DNA of 63,414 nucleotides, counting the filler. It is 8 parts of 8 records of this genome, joined end to end, with 100 filler letters (N's around TTAATTAATTAA, not from the genome) between each part and the next. Parts side by side here need not be neighbours in the genome. Positions count along the whole stretch, not along the records: positions 48,581 to 57,332 come from SRR31156797_14472; positions 57,433 to 63,414 come from SRR31156797_14511; 6 more parts are not named here. One strand, 5' to 3'. Below the pieces are notes generated by a model. The model was not told the origin of the DNA, searched no databases, and worked only from the letters and a program-made list of their open reading frames with translations. A program made the translations under genes and the position numbers. Position 1 is the stretch's first letter, and every line of letters starts with the position of its first letter. Of the stretch, positions 48,481-58,737 are shown one piece after another.

Positions 48481-48580
48481 NNNNNNNNNNNNNNNNNNNN
48501 NNNNNNNNNNNNNNNNNNNNNNNNTTAATTAATTAANNNNNNNNNNNNNNNNNNNNNNNNNNNNNNNNNNNNNNNNNNNN
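48481..48580. other. Artificial contig spacer
   Basis: N44-TTAATTAATTAA-N44. Confidence 0.99.
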
Positions 48581-48582
48581 AG

Positions 48583-48780
48583 CAGATCGTAAAAAGCCTG
48601 GTTGACCATTATGGCTGGGACGCCCTGGGTAACACCATCGACATCCGGTGTTTCAACAACGACCCCTCGGTGAAGTCCAGCCTGAAATTCCTGCGAAAAA
48701 CGCCCTGGGCCAGGAAGAAAGTCGAGGACTTATATATCGCCACGAAAAAGGGCGAGCGGAAATGGGGACGTAAGGTGTAA
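48583..48780 (+). CDS. VF530 (DUF2132) family protein, 5' truncated; absent from the ORF track
   Basis: Manual translation: [41 protein letters not shown]. Confidence 0.9.
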   Translation, partial: QIVKSLVDHYGWDALGNTIDIRCFNNDPSVKSSLKFLRKTPWARKKVEDLYIATKKGERKWGRKV

Positions 48781-48838
48781 CGCCTTTATAGTCCATTTTT
48801 ACCGTCCCGCCCCGGCTGGCTGGCATCCGCTTTTGATC

Positions 48839-51800
48839 TTACAGGCCAAAGGCACGGGCCAAGGTTTCAAGATCTCCGGCAGCAACAGGGCCGGATAAGA
48901 TCAGCGATGCAATGTCACGTCCGTCCACATCAAGGTCTTTATCCCGATCCGGATAAAAGATGTGAACTTCATCGGCACCGATATCCGCCGGCATTCCTGG
49001 AAATCTCGCTTCTCCGTCCATGTCATCCGCGGCAAATGCATTTGCCGTCACCTGATCAATGGGCGACGCCCCCTGGACCAGATGAAGATCCCCCTGGCCC
49101 TCGTTGACAAACCATTGGGGAACAGCTTCGGTCAGGTTGTCCTGTACCATGGCCACGGCATTGTTCCTTGATACAATGGGACCGTCCGTGAGGTTGGCCA
49201 GGAACTCTCCTGCCGGCTGTCCGTTTTCCGCCTGGTACCTGTACTCCATGGTCCAAGGAAAGGTGTTGTGGTGCATCACCGTATTATGGAGAACCTTTAC
49301 ATTGGATGCATGGTTGAGGCTGATGGCCACATCGCCTTCACCCGTACGGTAAAAAAAGTTATTTCGGATGATGCCGCCGTCATGGTCGACACCGTCGCCG
49401 CCGGGATTTCCAAACTGGATCCCCATGTCACATTCAATGAACCTGTTTCGTTCGACAATGGTGTTTTTGCATTCATGCCACATGAGGAGCACAGCCCCTG
49501 CAATACCGTCCGGTGATATCCCGTCATGGGGCGCCCGGATATTGAGGAAGGTATTGCCCCTGATAATCCAGCCATCTCCCCCCAGTACATCCACGGCATC
49601 GGTATAATATCCCATGGACGACCAGTGTTTTGCATGGCTGGTGAATTCAAACAAACAGTCCTCCACAATGCCCCGGTTGCAGAAAAGCTGTTCGGCAGTA
49701 CTCCGGGTCACCTTGATAAACTGTTCACCGGCATCGATGATATGGAGGTTCCTGAAACAGGGGCGGTTACCGCCCTGTTCTCCCTGGACCTGGACGGGAT
49801 GATAGAACACCTCTTTAATGGTCAGGTCCGCCAGGGTGAAATCCGCAATGTTCCGGAACAGGAACATGACATTGGCATTTCCCGGGGTGTACATGCCGGT
49901 TCCTTTGAGTACGACGGCTTCCCGGTTGCCGCTCCGGCTGCGAATGACAACGTTGGAGATGGTGCTGCTGTTGTCAAACCGTCCCCCCACCATCAGCATG
50001 GCTGCAATATTATAGGTCCCGTCCGTGATGAGGATCTCCCGGTTGGATTCAAGGGAGGAGACGGCATTCTTAAGCTCTTCAACGGAAGAGACCACAACCT
50101 GGGTTCTTTCAGGGACAGTGCGCTCAATGGTAATGGCCTTGACGGTTGAACGCCCCAGCTGATCCATGGCCGTGACGGTAATGGTATTGCTGCCTTCGGC
50201 AAGGTAGAGGGCCGTGGCCTGCCATGAACCCGACGCCAGCAGTACCGGCCGTTTTTCCGTTGTATTGTCTGGGTAGGTGATGGTGCAGGAGGCCGATGCC
50301 ACCCCCACATCGTCCGACATATTACCGGACAGGGCAATCACTGCCTGTTCCTGGGTCAGTCCCCCTGAAGGTTCATTTATGGTAACATCCGGGGCTGTGC
50401 CATCAACGGACACGGTAATGGTTTCGTCATCGGTAAATGTACCGTCATTCACGGTAAAGGTGATGTCATAATTGCCTGGGGACTGGTTGGCAGGCGGCCA
50501 TGAAAAGGTCCGGGTATCCGGATCAAAGCTTGCTCCCGGGGGCAGGGGGGATGCGCTGAACACAAGGGGATCATTGTTGCCGTCAAATCCGTCTATGGTG
50601 AACTCCAGGGTGTCTCCCTGGCCGATAAGCTTGTCACCGATGGGATAGAGTACCGGCTGGATGGGTTCCATGCCCGATGCAGGGGTTATGATCAGTTTGT
50701 TTCCCATGGGGCTTTGGCTGACTTCAAACCCGGCAATGGTGACAAGGCCGTTTCCATGGGCAGTGACCAGGCCGTTCTGGACGATCTGGCCGTCTGACAG
50801 GTCTTTATTCTCCCAGTAATATGCCGTGTCGGCCGTGACGACAAATTGCTGGAGCTTTCTGGGGGTGATGTCAATGAACGCCTGGGGCTGGGCGGATGAC
50901 GGTTCAACACGGAATGCCATTTCATAGCGTGCAGGCAGGTCCACAAGATCATCCGTAGCATCCGTTTTGCTGAACTGCTTCAGGGCGCGGGACCACTCCA
51001 GGAAGCGGTATCCGTTGATGGTTCCCTTGGCATCCCCTGTAAATACAAGGGGATCGGTCGAGACAACCTCGGTCATGCCCGTTGGCTCGTGGATACTGCC
51101 CGGGTCCCCATCCATGGATACGTTTTTCAGGGCCGGAATGCTTTCATTTTTCAAAAGGGTCGCAAAGCGGGGATCAAAGGAGGAACCACTGGAATGGCCC
51201 CCGTCAAGGAAATCCGCCACAAAGGCATGTCCTGCTTCCCTCATGTCATTGTAGAACTGAGCATGGGGAAAAAAGACAATGGAACCGTCCCGCTTGCCGT
51301 TTCCCATGGAAAGAAACGGCATATCCTGGTCCGCATGGTTTTTGGCATACCATCCCGCATTCATCCAGTTCCATATGGGGGTGCCGTTTTCATGGAGAAC
51401 CGCTTCACCCTGTTTACCCCACAGCCTGTTGCCTTCGGATCGCCATCCCTCCCTTACCACGCCATAGTCGTCATCAATTTCATGGATGTTGAGCCGCCAG
51501 TTGGGACAGCCCACCGTAGCGGTCACCGAAGCAAACACTTCAGGATGTTTGAGGCCCAGGCTCATGGCACCTGTTCCGCCCATGGAGCCTCCCCTGAGAT
51601 AGATGCGGTTGGGATCGATGTTGTAACGGTCCCGGGCCACGCTGATGGCATGTAGAATCCTGTTTTCCGTGTAAGGGACAAATACGCCGTCACTGAGTTT
51701 GTTCTGGGTTTTGTAAAAGGTACTGCATCCCGAATACCAGGTTTGAAGGGAGTCATACAGCCGCCCGTTGGCAAGCTCAGGAAAAACGCGGCCATCCTGC

Positions 51801-53209
51801 ACCCCGCCCAGGGGCATGTTCTTCGTGGGAGGAAGATAATCCGAATACCATATGGTGACCATATCCCTGTATACCCATGTTTGCCTGTAGCTTGCGCTTC
51901 TGCCGGTGAGGGCAATTTCCAGGGGCGCGGCTGTCTGTGGGGAATATCTGCTGTCCAGGTTCACCATGAAATTAAAACCGACCCCCGGCCGGTAGCTCAT
52001 GGTTGTATCCGCCCAGTGCACAAACTCCTGTATGGTATCGCCATTATTCTCCCAGGCACTCTGCAGGACCGCCCCGGGTGTTTCAATCGTTTCCGTCACC
52101 GGCTGGGTTGTGGTATTGGCGCTTGAGAAATCACTCCGGTTTTCATAGCCTTCTTCGGAAAACGTCACGGCATAATAGAAATCTCCAGCCAGGGAAGGGG
52201 TGTATACAAAAAGACCGGTGTCGTCATCAAGTTCCGGCTCCTCTTCAATGATCTTGTAATTGTGACGCTCTCCCGTCCTGTAGGACCGGTTTGCATTATA
52301 AGACGATTCCTGGAAAACCTCTCCCACAACCTGGGCCTGGTCAAGGTTGTTCTGGTCAATGGGACCGGTATGGCGGTAAATCCGGTAGGTGACATCGTAT
52401 AATTGCCCGTCATACTCATTATCCTGCCAGGTGAGAAAGGTCTGCCCGGATCTGTGAAACACCTCAAGCCCTGAGACCTGGTCCGGCGGTTCGGCGGAAG
52501 GGGTGTCATAGGTGATTTCCAGGTATGGCCTCAAGTGGGGATTCTCCATCCTGTCCGACGCCACGGTGCGGTTAAAACTGAACCCCAGGTTTGACTCCGG
52601 GCTATCCACCCATTCCTGCACAAGACCGGTGATATTGAAAAAATAGAACTGCACCGTTCCCCGGCCAACACTATAGACCGTGTCCACGGGTTCCGGGTCA
52701 ACACAGTCGGCAAATGTGCCGCCTTCATTCGTCCAGGGAACGGCATCCCCCTGTTCGGGCCGTCGCTTATACCGGGTGTTTATGGTATCCCTGTCCCAGG
52801 TGCCTGTGCCGGACGGATCAAGTATCCTGTAAAGGGAAAGGCCCTGCTCATATGTGCTGTCATTCAACGGATATGTTTTACTGGAAAAGGGAAGGACATA
52901 GGTGGCTTTAATGATATTTGTGCCCGGAGGAATATCGGCGAGGTCCATTTTTACGGCGATTCGCCTTGCCATGCCCTCGGCCGGTTCAAAAGGGTTTCCA
53001 TACGCGTTGTACAGGACCTTGGTTGTCGTATTGGGCGAATAGTATCCAAACCAGACATCATCCATCACATCGCTTGTATCCAGGGTGGAAGCAGATCCGC
53101 CAAAGCGTTCCGTCACCCGGGCGGCGCAGGCGATGTTCGTTAAAAGAAAGACGAAAGCAAAGGAACAGATGAGCAAAAGGTAACATGGTCTGGCAGCCGT
53201 TTTTTTCAT
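48839..53209 (-). CDS. Large secreted multidomain protein (DNRLRE-like, alpha/beta hydrolase, Ig-like, right-handed beta-helix, dockerin-like tail)
   Basis: Signal peptide; NITGLVQEWV..RPYLEITY; IDPNRIYLRGGSMGG; LPPGASFD..TFSW; beta-helix repeats; ADIGADE; DRDKDLDVDGRD. Confidence 0.8.
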   Translation of the reverse strand: MKKTAARPCYLLLICSFAFVFLLTNIACAARVTERFGGSASTLDTSDVMDDVWFGYYSPNTTTKVLYNAYGNPFEPAEGMARRIAVKMDLADIPPGTNIIKATYVLPFSSKTYPLNDSTYEQGLSLYRILDPSGTGTWDRDTINTRYKRRPEQGDAVPWTNEGGTFADCVDPEPVDTVYSVGRGTVQFYFFNITGLVQEWVDSPESNLGFSFNRTVASDRMENPHLRPYLEITYDTPSAEPPDQVSGLEVFHRSGQTFLTWQDNEYDGQLYDVTYRIYRHTGPIDQNNLDQAQVVGEVFQESSYNANRSYRTGERHNYKIIEEEPELDDDTGLFVYTPSLAGDFYYAVTFSEEGYENRSDFSSANTTTQPVTETIETPGAVLQSAWENNGDTIQEFVHWADTTMSYRPGVGFNFMVNLDSRYSPQTAAPLEIALTGRSASYRQTWVYRDMVTIWYSDYLPPTKNMPLGGVQDGRVFPELANGRLYDSLQTWYSGCSTFYKTQNKLSDGVFVPYTENRILHAISVARDRYNIDPNRIYLRGGSMGGTGAMSLGLKHPEVFASVTATVGCPNWRLNIHEIDDDYGVVREGWRSEGNRLWGKQGEAVLHENGTPIWNWMNAGWYAKNHADQDMPFLSMGNGKRDGSIVFFPHAQFYNDMREAGHAFVADFLDGGHSSGSSFDPRFATLLKNESIPALKNVSMDGDPGSIHEPTGMTEVVSTDPLVFTGDAKGTINGYRFLEWSRALKQFSKTDATDDLVDLPARYEMAFRVEPSSAQPQAFIDITPRKLQQFVVTADTAYYWENKDLSDGQIVQNGLVTAHGNGLVTIAGFEVSQSPMGNKLIITPASGMEPIQPVLYPIGDKLIGQGDTLEFTIDGFDGNNDPLVFSASPLPPGASFDPDTRTFSWPPANQSPGNYDITFTVNDGTFTDDETITVSVDGTAPDVTINEPSGGLTQEQAVIALSGNMSDDVGVASASCTITYPDNTTEKRPVLLASGSWQATALYLAEGSNTITVTAMDQLGRSTVKAITIERTVPERTQVVVSSVEELKNAVSSLESNREILITDGTYNIAAMLMVGGRFDNSSTISNVVIRSRSGNREAVVLKGTGMYTPGNANVMFLFRNIADFTLADLTIKEVFYHPVQVQGEQGGNRPCFRNLHIIDAGEQFIKVTRSTAEQLFCNRGIVEDCLFEFTSHAKHWSSMGYYTDAVDVLGGDGWIIRGNTFLNIRAPHDGISPDGIAGAVLLMWHECKNTIVERNRFIECDMGIQFGNPGGDGVDHDGGIIRNNFFYRTGEGDVAISLNHASNVKVLHNTVMHHNTFPWTMEYRYQAENGQPAGEFLANLTDGPIVSRNNAVAMVQDNLTEAVPQWFVNEGQGDLHLVQGASPIDQVTANAFAADDMDGEARFPGMPADIGADEVHIFYPDRDKDLDVDGRDIASLILSGPVAAGDLETLARAFGL

Positions 53210-53278
53210 ATCTCTCTCCTGAAATAATTACTATGTTATCCGTGTTGTCATATAAATAATCAATACAATTACAGTGAC

Positions 53279-53295
53279 AGCAATTATAGTGCCGA
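53279..53295 (-). promoter_or_regulatory. Sigma-54 (-24/-12) promoter of the 1456-aa gene
   Basis: Minus strand TCGGCACTATAATTGCT = GG-N10-GC, 70 nt upstream of the ATG. Confidence 0.75.
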
Positions 53296-53368
53296 TGGGA
53301 AAAGCCAATCTCGCATTGCCTTGTCGGCAAGGGCCGTGAGTCCTGCTGCATGTAAAAAAATCTTGTTG

Positions 53369-53518
53369 TGAAGGTTTTTCCATGCAGTTTTAATCCATGT
53401 AACTGAAGGTAATCCCCTTCACCTGGTATGTCGCCTGTCAAGCGGAGATATTTTGAATCGTTAATTCAGCAGGTTCCCTGTTATTGAACGTGATGCACGG
53501 TGACGGGATTTCCTTTCA
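53369..53518. promoter_or_regulatory. Three copies of the palindrome TGAAGG-N6-CCTTCA (candidate enhancer sites)
   Basis: 53369-53386 TGAAGG-N6-CATGCA; 53404-53421 TGAAGG-N6-CCTTCA; 53501-53518 TGACGG-N6-CTTTCA. Confidence 0.55.
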
Positions 53519-53552
53519 CCATGTAAGGAAAACCGGTCAAATTCCTCGAGAA

Positions 53553-54569
53553 TTACAGCATCGTTAATGGCTGGAGCGCTTCCTGGGGGATACGCATTTT
53601 ATTATTGATCAGCTTAAAAACTGTTGAACGAATATTTTCGGGAATGATGGGAGCTATTTTTTGAAAATCGAATTTTGCGGTATGGCTTTTGTCGGGACCC
53701 GGCTTAACCGGTAGAGATAGCAGTTTCTCATACAAAGAAGATTCAAGTTTGAAGGGCATATTAAATTGATTTTCAAAAAGGCTTTTAACATTAAAAGGAA
53801 TCTGCAAGCCCTTGGCATCCAAATCTCCAAAATAGTAAACTTCGGAAAAATGGCATTTTTTTAAAATATATTCAAGGTTAACCCAGTTGCCCTCAAATTT
53901 TGATCCCCATCCGAAAACAACTGACGAATACCGGCCCTGTTCATCATTAAGCGTCTTCAATGAAAACCAGGTGGCCATATTTTCAATGACAAGGCATGGT
54001 TTACCCCTTGAGCTTTCAGGCCCTGCCTCCCAGGCAAGGGGATGATAAATTCGCTGGCAGCGAAGATCATGAAGGCTGAACTGACCTTTTTTAAAAGGAA
54101 CCGTCCGTGAAAAGCGTTCGTCCAGATATTTTTCGTCACCAAAGATCTCATAGGAGCGCTCGTTTACCGGTACAACCTCTTTTTCAAGGCCACCGTTTTT
54201 TAACCATTTGTCGACCTTGAGCCAGCTGTCAAAGGAGGGAATTCTTGATTCCGGGAGAAACGCCAGTTTGGGATGCCACAGATAATGCCTGGGGTTCAGT
54301 TTATCCCGGTTGCTTTGATGCTTTTGTTTGGGTTTGCGCCTGATGAATTTGGGCAACAGGGGCAGTGCGGAACGATCGAATTGCTTTTTGGATTTCGGCA
54401 ACTCCAGCCCATGGGTGTTTTCGATATTGGTGATCAGCTCCGATAATTTTTCCCGGGAGTTCATGTACATATCCGGTGGAACCACCTGTTCAAAAACATC
54501 CCACAGCTCTGAAAGCTCGATCTTTTGTTTATCGGGCAATTTTTCAAAAAAGGCTCTTGGCAAATCCAT
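53553..54569 (-). CDS. jetD: Wadjet JetD-like TOPRIM nuclease
   Basis: ERSYEIFGDEK, LVIENMATW, YFGDLDAKGL.I, PQE motifs; directly downstream of an SMC-like gene. Confidence 0.8.
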   Translation of the reverse strand: MDLPRAFFEKLPDKQKIELSELWDVFEQVVPPDMYMNSREKLSELITNIENTHGLELPKSKKQFDRSALPLLPKFIRRKPKQKHQSNRDKLNPRHYLWHPKLAFLPESRIPSFDSWLKVDKWLKNGGLEKEVVPVNERSYEIFGDEKYLDERFSRTVPFKKGQFSLHDLRCQRIYHPLAWEAGPESSRGKPCLVIENMATWFSLKTLNDEQGRYSSVVFGWGSKFEGNWVNLEYILKKCHFSEVYYFGDLDAKGLQIPFNVKSLFENQFNMPFKLESSLYEKLLSLPVKPGPDKSHTAKFDFQKIAPIIPENIRSTVFKLINNKMRIPQEALQPLTML

Positions 54570-54592
54570 TTAACATTTCTCCAATACCGGGA

Positions 54593-57332
54593 TTAATTTG
54601 CTATAGCCCCATCATGGCCCTCGTTATCTGCCTTGACGGCAACCCCTGGGACAGGAGGATTTGTGATCAGCTCCGGGGTGAAGTCTGCGGTGATCGACTC
54701 GAAACTGGTTTCAACCACCTGAACACGCTGGTCTCCCCTTGTGGTCCGTTCTGTCTTTTTCAAGGTCACGAACCGGTTGAATTCACTTAACGATCTCGTA
54801 TCCTTGATGCCGGTGAAGTAGATGAGCTGAACATTGGAGATGCGGGCCATTTCCCTCTGCAACTTCAGGAAAGACGACTTGTTGCATTGGCCGAACGGGT
54901 TGTCCAGAATCAGAAATGAGGGGAAGTTTTTGCGCTGGTAGCAGTTGTTGCCAACCATACGGGCCAGTGTCGTGTATAGATAGATCGCTGCCGTGGCTTT
55001 CTCTCCTCCTGAGTGGGCAAGTGTCTGCATGATGTCATCCCGTTCCCTGGTGGGGTTTGACTGGACCTTGAGCGCTTTGATGGAAAAATTGCCGCCGATG
55101 ACTTCATGCACCCCCCTTAGAATCAATTGCACGGAATTCGAACTCAATTTTACCTGGGGATTTCGCAGTATCTGTTCAATGAAAGAGGACAACTGGGTGC
55201 GGACATAGTCCGGGTTCTTCACCTTGGGATTCATCTGAACCCTGAAAAACGGTTCCTTGCTCCAGAGCGCCCAGGTACCGGTATTAACCGGAAACCGCGA
55301 TGAAGATTCAAGGGCTTTGAAATTTGACAAGGCCTCGTTCACATATTGCTGGTAAATTTCAACGATTGTTCCAATGCGCTTATCCATCTTGTTAATGGTA
55401 TCATGGATACTATCCATCCGCTGGGTGATTTCAGAGTGATATTGTTCGGCTTGAAGGTAGAGCCGGTCTTTAATCTCTCGAATCCGGGCTTTAATTTTCT
55501 CGGCAATATTTTGATAGGATTCATCGTGGAGAATCCTGTCGATCTCCAGGGTGATCCGGGAGATGATGTCTTTTGACTTATTGAGTTCCCCCTTGATGCC
55601 GGTGATTGTTTTTTCTATTTCCGTCCAGGCACGGCCTGCCTCTTCGGGGGCGGAAAAAAACAGCTCCCCATTATCCTGATGGGTGGCATGGGGACGGGAA
55701 AGCAGAAAAACCGGCTGGATCGCTTTGATGTCGCCCGAACATTTGCTGTACATTGTTTTTAACCGGTCATGGGCCGATACTTTTTCTTCAAGCAGCTGCT
55801 TGGATTGAACCCGTTCATTTTCAAGCCCCTTCAAGACAGTTTCCGCGTCTTCAACGGTTGATACCGGCGCGGCTTCCAGCGGTTCTTCAATGGTCGGATA
55901 TCGACTGTACCATTCATACAGGCTCTCGTTTGCCTGTTTGTGTTGTTGCTTTTTTTGGCCGGCATCCTCTCTCAAGGTATTTACGGATGTTTTCTGGTCG
56001 GAAATAATGTCTCTGTCAATGTTTGGGGCGTCGGTCCCAAGGACCGCCCTGACCTCCGTATCAGAAAGCCCCCCCCTGATATTGTCATATTCTTTTTCCT
56101 TGTCCATGCGCTGCTTTTCAGTGGCTTCCCGCTCCCCCCGCCATTTGGCAGTAACGTCCGACTGGCTCTCATACTGTTCTTTTGTCCGGTTGTACCGTTC
56201 AGTCAATTCATGGTGATCAATCCCTGCATAATCCTTCCCATCGCCCGCGTTCCTGTCATAATACTGAATGCTGTCTTTATCTTTCTGCTTTGATGCGATC
56301 AGGCTGACCTGACGGCTGTTCTTTTCCTCCAGATTTTTGATACGGCCGTCAAGGGCTTTCCGTTCCACCGCTATTTTTAGAAGGGCTCCGTTGATCTCCT
56401 TGTTTTTCCGCTTTTTCTCTTGGATGCTCTCCTTTTGTTCATCAATTTTGAGGTGATAGGTTTCTTCATAGATCCGGAATCTGTTCAGGTGTTCTTTTTT
56501 CTCATCAAGCTGTTTCCGGAGAGAATCGATTGCAGCCTCAACGGATTTTTTTAGGTTGGTGTTGTCCTCAATTTCTAAATTGATATGGTGGAGCATGGAT
56601 TTAATCTTTACAAGATCGTCCTCTGACGATGACAAATCAGACGTCATCATTTCCAATGACGAAGCCCCATAGGTTGCCAGATGAGTCTCCAAATGATGCA
56701 GAATAACGGAAGCATCCTTTTCCCGAATGATGATCTCGTCCAGTCTGGTTTTGTTTTTACGGATTCTATTCTTCAGTTCCTGTTTGTGGGTTTCAGCGGC
56801 TTCGCCGTTGAAAGACGCATCGGTATCCGGCAGCACCACGTGTTTATGGGCGTTATCCGGAGAATCGCCTTTTGCCGGGAGAGTCTCTTCCTGGAGGGTC
56901 AGTTCAACCGGCCCCCGCAGATTCGACAGCACAGGCACCTTTTTTGCCTTTTCAAACTCCTCTGGGGATTGAAACACAATGCCACTATACTTGGCCGGTT
57001 GCCGGGACAAAAGATCTCTTATTATTTCAGGCGTAAGAACCCTGCTTTGCGCAAAAAACTGTCCAAAGCCGAAACAGGCAATGTCCTTGTGTGAAAAATA
57101 ATCAAGGACCCGGACAACATCCTTTGAGGGCGGAAGGACCGAATTCTGCTCAAGGGCCTCCAGATCAAATTGTTCCGACTCTAAATCCGTTGTCAGGATC
57201 CGGTGTTCAGCCCTTTGTTCCTCGATATATTTCTCAAGGCGTGCACATAGGCCGGCGTCGTAGGGGATAATAACATCCGTGCCTTCGAGTTCCGTAAGAA
57301 TCCGGTTGCGCTCTATTTTTTCAAGGCTTTCC
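54593..57332 (-). CDS. jetC: Wadjet JetC-like SMC ATPase, C-terminal part (5' truncated)
   Basis: Long coiled coil, HSGGE signature, LILDNPFG Walker B/D-loop, QLIYFTG; frame open to contig end. Confidence 0.75.
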
Positions 57333-57432
57333 NNNNNNNNNNNNNNNNNNNNNNNNNNNNNNNNNNNNNNNNNNNNTTAATTAATTAANNNNNNNNNNNN
57401 NNNNNNNNNNNNNNNNNNNNNNNNNNNNNNNN
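57333..57432. other. Artificial contig spacer
   Basis: N44-TTAATTAATTAA-N44. Confidence 0.99.
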
Positions 57433-57455
57433 CCAGGCGGGAGCCTGGGAACGAG
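57433..57455. repeat. Partial REP-like palindrome at contig edge
   Basis: CCAGGC-GGGA-GCCTGG followed by GAACGAG. Confidence 0.4.
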
Positions 57456-57495
57456 AAGAAAACGTATGTACTTCTGCTAGTGCTGCCGTGTTTTT

Positions 57496-58725
57496 TTATC
57501 CACCATGCCCCGACAAGGCCGCGATATTCATGACTGCTTTTTCCAATGCCGGGGAAATTCCTTTGATTTCATTATCGATATTTAAAAATCCCCTGACGAT
57601 CAAGGACACGGCCCGGGCTTCAGTCAGTCCTTTTGATCGCAGATAGTTTACCGCACCCGAATCAATACGGCCGATGGCCGCTTCATGGGACATTTTTGCA
57701 TCCGGATGCATGGTTCTAAGGCAGGGCTCCGCTTCTATGCTGCCGGTATCGCTCATCATCAAGCCTGAGCAATCCACATGCGCTCGCGCGTCTTTGGCCG
57801 AACCGACCAAAAGCCCTTTTTGAACCATGGCCCCGCCGTAGTTGACGGCGCGGGCGACCAGCTCAGATCCTGAACCCTCGCCATTTAAATATATGGTTCC
57901 ACCGATATCGCAATGGGTTTCCGGCAGGCAAATTATGGCGGCCATGTTTTTGGCCGAAGCGCCTTTACCGTTTAAATAGACCACGGGATTCATTTCAATG
58001 CTCCTGGCCGGCCGGCCGGTATAATAGTTTTCCACATAAAAGCCGCCCTGTTCCACAATGGTCGCTCCACGAGGGCGAACCACATATTCATCCCCCCAGT
58101 TATGGACCATGGTATTGACCAGGCCCGCGTCCCTGGCCACAAAGTTTTCCGTTACGGCAATATGCAAACCCGATTTGAGCCCACGGCCCGCCGTGCAACC
58201 GGTAACCAGGTTAAGCCGAGCCCCTTCTTCCAGGACCACGATATTATGCAGCACCATTGAGTGCTTTTCCTCGGGCATTAAAAAGCCGGCCTCAACCGGA
58301 GCGTCAATTTTGACGTTCTTTTTTACACGGATGAAGTATCCACGGGGAATTGATTCGGCGGCCGCCCGAGTGAAATCGTCCTGATCGGGATTCACTGCTT
58401 GAAAATAGTAGTCCCTGTATATTTCAGGATACTTTTCCAAGGCCTGGCTGATAGGCAGTATTTCCATTCCTTCAAAGCGCGGCGCCAGTGCCAGACTGCT
58501 GCGATCGCGCATAAGGAAAACGCCGGCCCCGGAACGATTGTCCGCATTCAGACCGACCGACCGTAATGCTTCCATGTCATCATTTTTTAGCTGATCAAGC
58601 GATTCAAAGGCGTCTTCGCTTTGCTCATTCCAAAGGGAAAAACGGAAATCTTCCAAGTCCGGGCTTTCCATTGCTTCCAGCCGGTTATATATATTATCCC
58701 GGTATATACTTTGTTCCATGTTCAT
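57496..58725 (-). CDS. sufB: SufB/SufD-family Fe-S scaffold (SmsB-like)
   Basis: HNIVVLEEGA, MVHNWG..VRPRG, HVDCSGL, SHEAAIGRI, LIVRGFL. Confidence 0.85.
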   Translation of the reverse strand: MNMEQSIYRDNIYNRLEAMESPDLEDFRFSLWNEQSEDAFESLDQLKNDDMEALRSVGLNADNRSGAGVFLMRDRSSLALAPRFEGMEILPISQALEKYPEIYRDYYFQAVNPDQDDFTRAAAESIPRGYFIRVKKNVKIDAPVEAGFLMPEEKHSMVLHNIVVLEEGARLNLVTGCTAGRGLKSGLHIAVTENFVARDAGLVNTMVHNWGDEYVVRPRGATIVEQGGFYVENYYTGRPARSIEMNPVVYLNGKGASAKNMAAIICLPETHCDIGGTIYLNGEGSGSELVARAVNYGGAMVQKGLLVGSAKDARAHVDCSGLMMSDTGSIEAEPCLRTMHPDAKMSHEAAIGRIDSGAVNYLRSKGLTEARAVSLIVRGFLNIDNEIKGISPALEKAVMNIAALSGHGG

Positions 58726-58737
58726 GATGAGACCTCT

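Noticed and set aside
53290-53350. Hairpins upstream of the giant secreted gene as a c-di-GMP riboswitch
   Set aside because: Lacks the GEMM core motifs and lies upstream of the predicted sigma-54 start site
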